This document shows, in pieces, positions 18,417 to 18,708 of a stretch of 18,708 nucleotides of DNA (the first letter of the stretch is position 1; every line of letters starts with the position of its first letter). Below the pieces are notes generated by a model. It had not been told where the DNA came from, searched no databases, and saw only the letters and a program-made list of their open reading frames with translations. The DNA is from Tubiluchus corallicola (Eukaryota; Animalia; Priapulida). The stretch lies in assembly GCA_030141605.1 (NCBI GenBank), contig JAQGDQ010001983.1, forward strand, positions 1 through 18,708. Direction: 5' to 3'. A program made the position numbers and the translations under genes.

Positions 18417-18615
18417 ATTGGTGTCGACCTTTAGACTACGGAAAAACATCGACGGACTAGTCATCTCGAGCACGGACACGGAGACGGACGAGTTTAAAAA
18501 TCCGTATCCCGTCAACACGCCGGACACCGCGGAGGAGACGAACTCGCAGACGATGGTTACCGTGCCGACTAAAGTGAGCATTGTTGCACCTTGGGATGGA
18601 AGCGAATCAGATTAG
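18417..18615 (+). CDS. RGS9-like: R7 RGS terminal coding exon: (P)LVSTFRLRKNIDGLVISSTDTETDEFKNPYPVNTPDTAEETNSQTMVTVPTKVSIVAPWDGSESD*
   Basis: Acceptor gttgtgtttag|A (alternative in-frame acceptor at 18435), phase-2 entry, open to TAG at 18613-18615. Confidence 0.8.
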
Positions 18616-18708
18616 AGTAATGGGTTAAAAATGTACAGTAAATCAATACTTAAAGCGGTTGACACTGATGCAGAGGTTAACGGCATGATTTGTACTTTTT
18701 TTGTAGCA

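Overview
Animal genomic DNA, probably from a lophotrochozoan invertebrate (inferred only from the 5S-type sequence and repeat families). The window holds the 3' ten coding exons (+ strand, 2706-18615) of an R7-family regulator of G-protein signalling gene, closest in motifs to the RGS9/RGS11/EAT-16 branch. All introns are GT-AG and the phases join into one open frame of 1317 nt (438 aa plus stop): DHEX, linker, GGL, RGS box and a long Ser/Pro/Thr-rich tail. The DEP-encoding exons lie upstream of the window. About half the window is intronic tandem repeat, mainly unrelated 56-, ~132-, 45-, ~164-, 130-, 32- and 39-bp arrays plus microsatellites. Most notable: (1) a 5S-rRNA-headed SINE with an RTE-LINE-like body and tail and a perfect 14-bp target-site duplication; (2) a 39-bp minisatellite that has amplified an exon's own splice donor about 40 times, with an in-frame stop behind the first copy; (3) a C-terminal IVAPWD motif resembling the RGS9-2/PDE6-gamma VICPWE motif; (4) a candidate internal promoter and alternative first exon. 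The long ORFs in the ORF track are repeat artefacts.
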